Source of the DNA: Eledone cirrhosa
Taxonomy: Eukaryota
Reading direction: 5' to 3'
Length of the DNA: 64,000 nt
Assembly: GCA_964016885.1 (NCBI GenBank)
Contig: CAXHJY010001403.1
Span: 1 to 64,000, forward strand
In this document: positions 58,934-64,000 of the stretch, piece after piece
Layout of the letters: every line of letters begins with the position of its first letter
Numbering within the stretch: position 1 is the first letter of the stretch
Position numbers and translations under genes: made by a program
The notes under the pieces: model-generated
Told to the model about the DNA's origin: nothing
Databases searched by the model: none
The model's input: only the letters and a program-made list of their open reading frames with translations

Positions 58934-59054
58934 GTTCACAATTGTTTCGCTACTCCGTATAATATTTTTTGGATCAGATGACTATGTATCATAATTGATT
59001 GGTTCAGTTGAAAATAATTAACATATTTAAAAAAACAGAGTAGCTCATCGGAAC
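58934..59054 (-). ncRNA. Hammerhead with CCGATGA core and a non-cleavable GUG triplet; same family as 35525
   Basis: Reverse complement gtt-CCGATGA-gctactctgt...acggagtagc-GAAAC-AATT-GTG-aac. Confidence 0.65.
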
Positions 59055-59161
59055 TCAAAGGAATATAAATTAAAATAATGTTAGATAATATAATGTTCAA
59101 TATATTAGTTTTTACTATTGTGTCCTTGTTTCATCAGCTGTCAGCCATAATCATATATATA

Positions 59162-59606
59162 TGCATGCTACTGTACGTCTGTATACATATATGTATGTAC
59201 GTATACACACATACTTACATTTCAGTAAGTGCCGTACTAAGAGTGAGAAATGAAATTTCGTTTTCATTTTATTTCAACTTATCGTTTTCGGTATGCCTGA
59301 CCGACTTGACTCACTCGATATGCAACTTAGGCTGCTCGGCCGTTAATTTTCATAAGGAAAGTATATACTTTCGAACGTTCAACTATCTGGCAGAAGGGTA
59401 TACGGTGCTGATGATAGCTAACAAGCTTGAAACTAGTACATCGTTCCTGTGTCAGTGTTGAACAAAAAAAAAATGGTGATGTGGTTGCCTTAACACCGTA
59501 CGACATAAAATTCAGGGCGTTCAGTTTGTTTACAAACGAACAAAGCGGCGTTATAACCAGCGTCCGCTAAACTGATGCGTGCATATATGTATGTGTACCT
59601 GTATGT

Positions 59607-59657
<51 letters not shown>

Positions 59658-59712
59658 TGCTACTGTATGTCTGTATACATATATGTATGTACGTATACAC
59701 ACATACTTACAT
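59162..59712 (+). mobile_element. Family A monomer plus the start of the next unit
   Basis: Homologous to 19986-20461. Confidence 0.9.
59402..59444 (+). ncRNA. Minimal type I hammerhead, family A, intact
   Basis: acggtg-CTGATGA-tagctaacaagctt-GAAAC-TA-GTA-catcgt. Confidence 0.88.
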
Positions 59713-59793
59713 ATATATATATATGTATATATATATATATGTATATATGTATATATGTATATATGTATATACATATATACATATATATATATG

Positions 59794-59891
<98 letters not shown>

Positions 59892-60474
59892 CTTGCCTAT
59901 TTTGTAATGGGTAACCTCTGGTTGCCTATGGAGACGTAAGATCTTCTTTTACACTTTTTTTTATCGATCCAGTATCTCTTTCTTCTTTTTCCCTTTTTCC
60001 CTTTTCTCCCTTTTTCCTGTATTAATTTTCCGTTCTTTATTTTTAATTCGTACGACTTTTCATGTAGCTTGTATAAGACATTTTGTTTCGTGGCGGTACC
60101 CTTAGAGTTAGCACCAGTATTTTTTTTTTTGCGGGACCCTGAATTATATTCTCGTACTAGTCTACTTTCTTGCACTGGGTGGTTGCTGGCCCGGTGTTTG
60201 GGGTAGAAACCGTTATTTATTTATTTTTTTCGTGGTGGTCTCTGTAGTATTCCGACCCCCACCTCTGTTGACCCGTCACCGTACGATACTCGCACTTATA
60301 CCCCGCTTAAGGGTCCCTTTATCTCCGTCACACCTAGGTTTTTTTTCTATCATTATCATTTGTTTTCTTATTCTTTTTATTCTACATTATATATATATAT
60401 ATATTTTTTTTTTAAAATCTATCTATCCATCCTTTTACTCACTTATTTGTTTATTTACTCATTTATGTTTTTCT

Positions 60475-60733
60475 TGTGGAATATTATTTACGTATTTCTT
60501 ATTTACTTATGTGGAATATTACTTATGTATTTTTTATTTACTTATGTGGAATATTATTTACGTATTTCTTATTTACTTATGTGGAATATTACTTATGTAT
60601 TTCTTATTTACTTATGTGGAATATTATTTACGTATTTCTTATTTACTTATGTCGAATATTATTCATGTATTTCTTATTTACTTATGTGGAATATTATTTT
60701 TGTATTTCTTATTTACTTATTTATGTATTTCTT
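60475..60733 (+). repeat. 34-bp tandem repeat, about 7.5 units
   Basis: tgtggaatattaYttaYgtatttcttatttactta. Confidence 0.93.
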
Positions 60734-61063
60734 CAGCCTAGCAATAGCGAGAGAATTAAGTCTTAGTAACCAGATTCTGCTTATATTTCTTTTCTCTCTC
60801 AGTACCTTTTACAGTTTTACATTTTCATCGTTCTACTTACCGTTTTGACCTCCTCCCCCACCCTCTCCCAGGCGTCCTCTTTGACCTCACACCCAGCTGT
60901 AGCTGGCACCACCAACGCATGGATGGGTCTACTCCTCCCCCTCTCCCCTTTTCTCCTACTGGCAGGTTTGGCTACCTCCCCCACTAACTTGCCATCGCAG
61001 AATTACTACTACCTTGCAGGATGACCAATCCTGGTGATTATCTCTTTGACCATATATGGAATT

Positions 61064-61158
61064 GCCCCTTGACAAGTTCGGCTATTTAAATACCAGAACT
61101 GATTTTTCATTCTGTACAGAATTAGCCGCCGAAACGGCTTGAGCTCAGCCGTCGGGGT
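61064..61158 (+). ncRNA. Type I hammerhead, U3-A8 variant with a full stem III
   Basis: gcccc-TTGACAA-g..cggcta...tagccg.c-GAAAC-ggct tgagctc agcc-GTC-ggggt. Confidence 0.8.
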
Positions 61159-61170
61159 CTTACTTACTCC

Positions 61171-62466
<1,296 letters not shown>

Positions 62467-62600
62467 GTATGCTAGGGAAAGGATCAGGGGTGTATAACAC
62501 TCCACTTATCCAGCAGGCAGTATGAGGTTAGCTCAATGTCTGAGGAGAGAGCCGTAATATAATAAATAAATAACAAAGAACGCTTATAGCATATGCATAT

Positions 62601-62658
62601 CTTTACTTGCTAACATTGTTTCATCCACACTATAAGTGGGACTCATCAGAGCATAAAG
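62601..62658 (-). ncRNA. Type I hammerhead
   Basis: Reverse complement ctttatgct-CTGATGA-gtcc cact tat agtg t ggat-GAAAC-AAT-GTT-agcaagtaaag. Confidence 0.82.
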
Positions 62659-64000
62659 GTTAATTACATACCATACTTGCCGAATCCCACTCTATTATAT
62701 TTGCTAAATGCCCTCTACTAAATAGAAAGTCTGAAATTTTTTCCTCTTGCCCCCACCGAATATTAAGCTCTTTCTTCTACTTTAAACCTGTTAGCTAGCA
62801 CGTCCTTATTCCTCCAGTTGGGCTGTCTTGTGTAACTGTCTCTGACTGAGTGTAACTGTCTCCTAATGTTGGTCGTCTATGTATACGAGTCTATGAATGT
62901 ATACGTATGCCTGTGGGAGGATATTGATCTTGATATTGGGGTGTGCAGGGGAGTGTATGTTAATAAGCACCCCTGTTTGGTACAGTGGATGTAACCCATC
63001 CACGCTGGCCTACCCACCATTAGTGCATTGGTGGACCTATCCTGACGTATATCTTGTTGATCTGTACCTCTGTATGCGCATGAGTTGTGATGTAATGTAT
63101 TTATGTAAAGCGTGTACTGTGATTTAGGCTGCACTAGTAGAAATTTAGCCTGTAACTGTGGCGGACCCGAGCCATCCTGCCGTAAGCAGTGGATACGTGG
63201 CGCATATATGTGTTGCCCTCATATTCTGTGGTTCAAGATCTACAGGCTGACCTCTGGGAACTCTTACCCGGGGTTGTAGTCTTTCTAGCACGATCGGCCT
63301 TCCTTATATTGACGGTCGTTTTTATGATCCCGAAAGTAACGTTTTGGCCCCGATGGCCCTCCGTAGTTACTAACGGTCTGTGTACACTCGAATCGGTCAA
63401 TGGCACGTGCAGACATGAATATCTCCGTAGGATTTCAACTTTATTTTAATACATCTCATCGTATGTATTTGTTTTGAATATATTACCTGTGGTGGTGGGT
63501 CTGATCTAATGTGGTATTTCGGTGTTTAATATTTAATATTGTATTTAATATCGTATTTAATATCGGCTTTGACCCGGGTGTCCTACGCTGTGTGTGTGTG
63601 CGTGTGTGCCCGTGTATACATTTATATGTGTATGGGTGTAGGTGGTTATATGTGTCTGTGTGTATATATAAAAAAAAATATATATATATATATGTATACC
63701 GTCTCTGCATGTGCATGTGGTGTGTATACGTGCATATACGTACTGAACATATTGATGTGTACAATCTTGTGATGTCCCAATGCGGTGACTTAATGGCTCT
63801 TGAAGCTATCTTTTTATATTTTGTATGCGCTACAACTGTATCTGCTTGCTTTAACCTCACGCTTGCTAATGTATGTGAATTCTTCTACCTCCTTTGATGC
63901 ACCTCTCTGACCATTTGACTCCTGCCCGTGTTGAACCGGTTTGTGATTACCCCACCGCTCGAGTGATACTGGTGACTGTGACACTTAGCGCCTTCGTGGG

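Noticed and set aside
60232-60848. Hydrophobic membrane-protein-like ORFs
   Set aside because: Derived from the T-rich 34-bp tandem repeat and open in several frames

Overview
Gene-free, repeat-saturated eukaryotic DNA. It is most likely a cephalopod (Octopus-type), inferred from the SINE family and the very long (TA)n arrays, which make up roughly 40% of the window. Nearly all YIYI-type ORFs are microsatellite artefacts. Embedded in or between the TA arrays are two decayed Penelope-like retroelements (a Neptune-type RT + Zn-knuckle + GIY-YIG element with inverted pLTR at 8.7-12.2 kb, and a Naiad-type element at 35.85-39.15 kb), CR1/L2-group LINEs, tRNA-type SINEs, an RTE-5'UTR-like non-autonomous element, MITEs and a 46/48-bp minisatellite. 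The main hidden signal, read by eye, is about 21 type I hammerhead ribozyme (HHR) motifs from about 12 sequence families. Three non-coding families carry tandem HHRs spaced 476, 485 and 483 nt apart, which is retrozyme-like and would predict ~480-nt circular RNAs. Four families carry the compensatory U3-A8 core variant (UUGANAA). All structures were folded manually and are untested.
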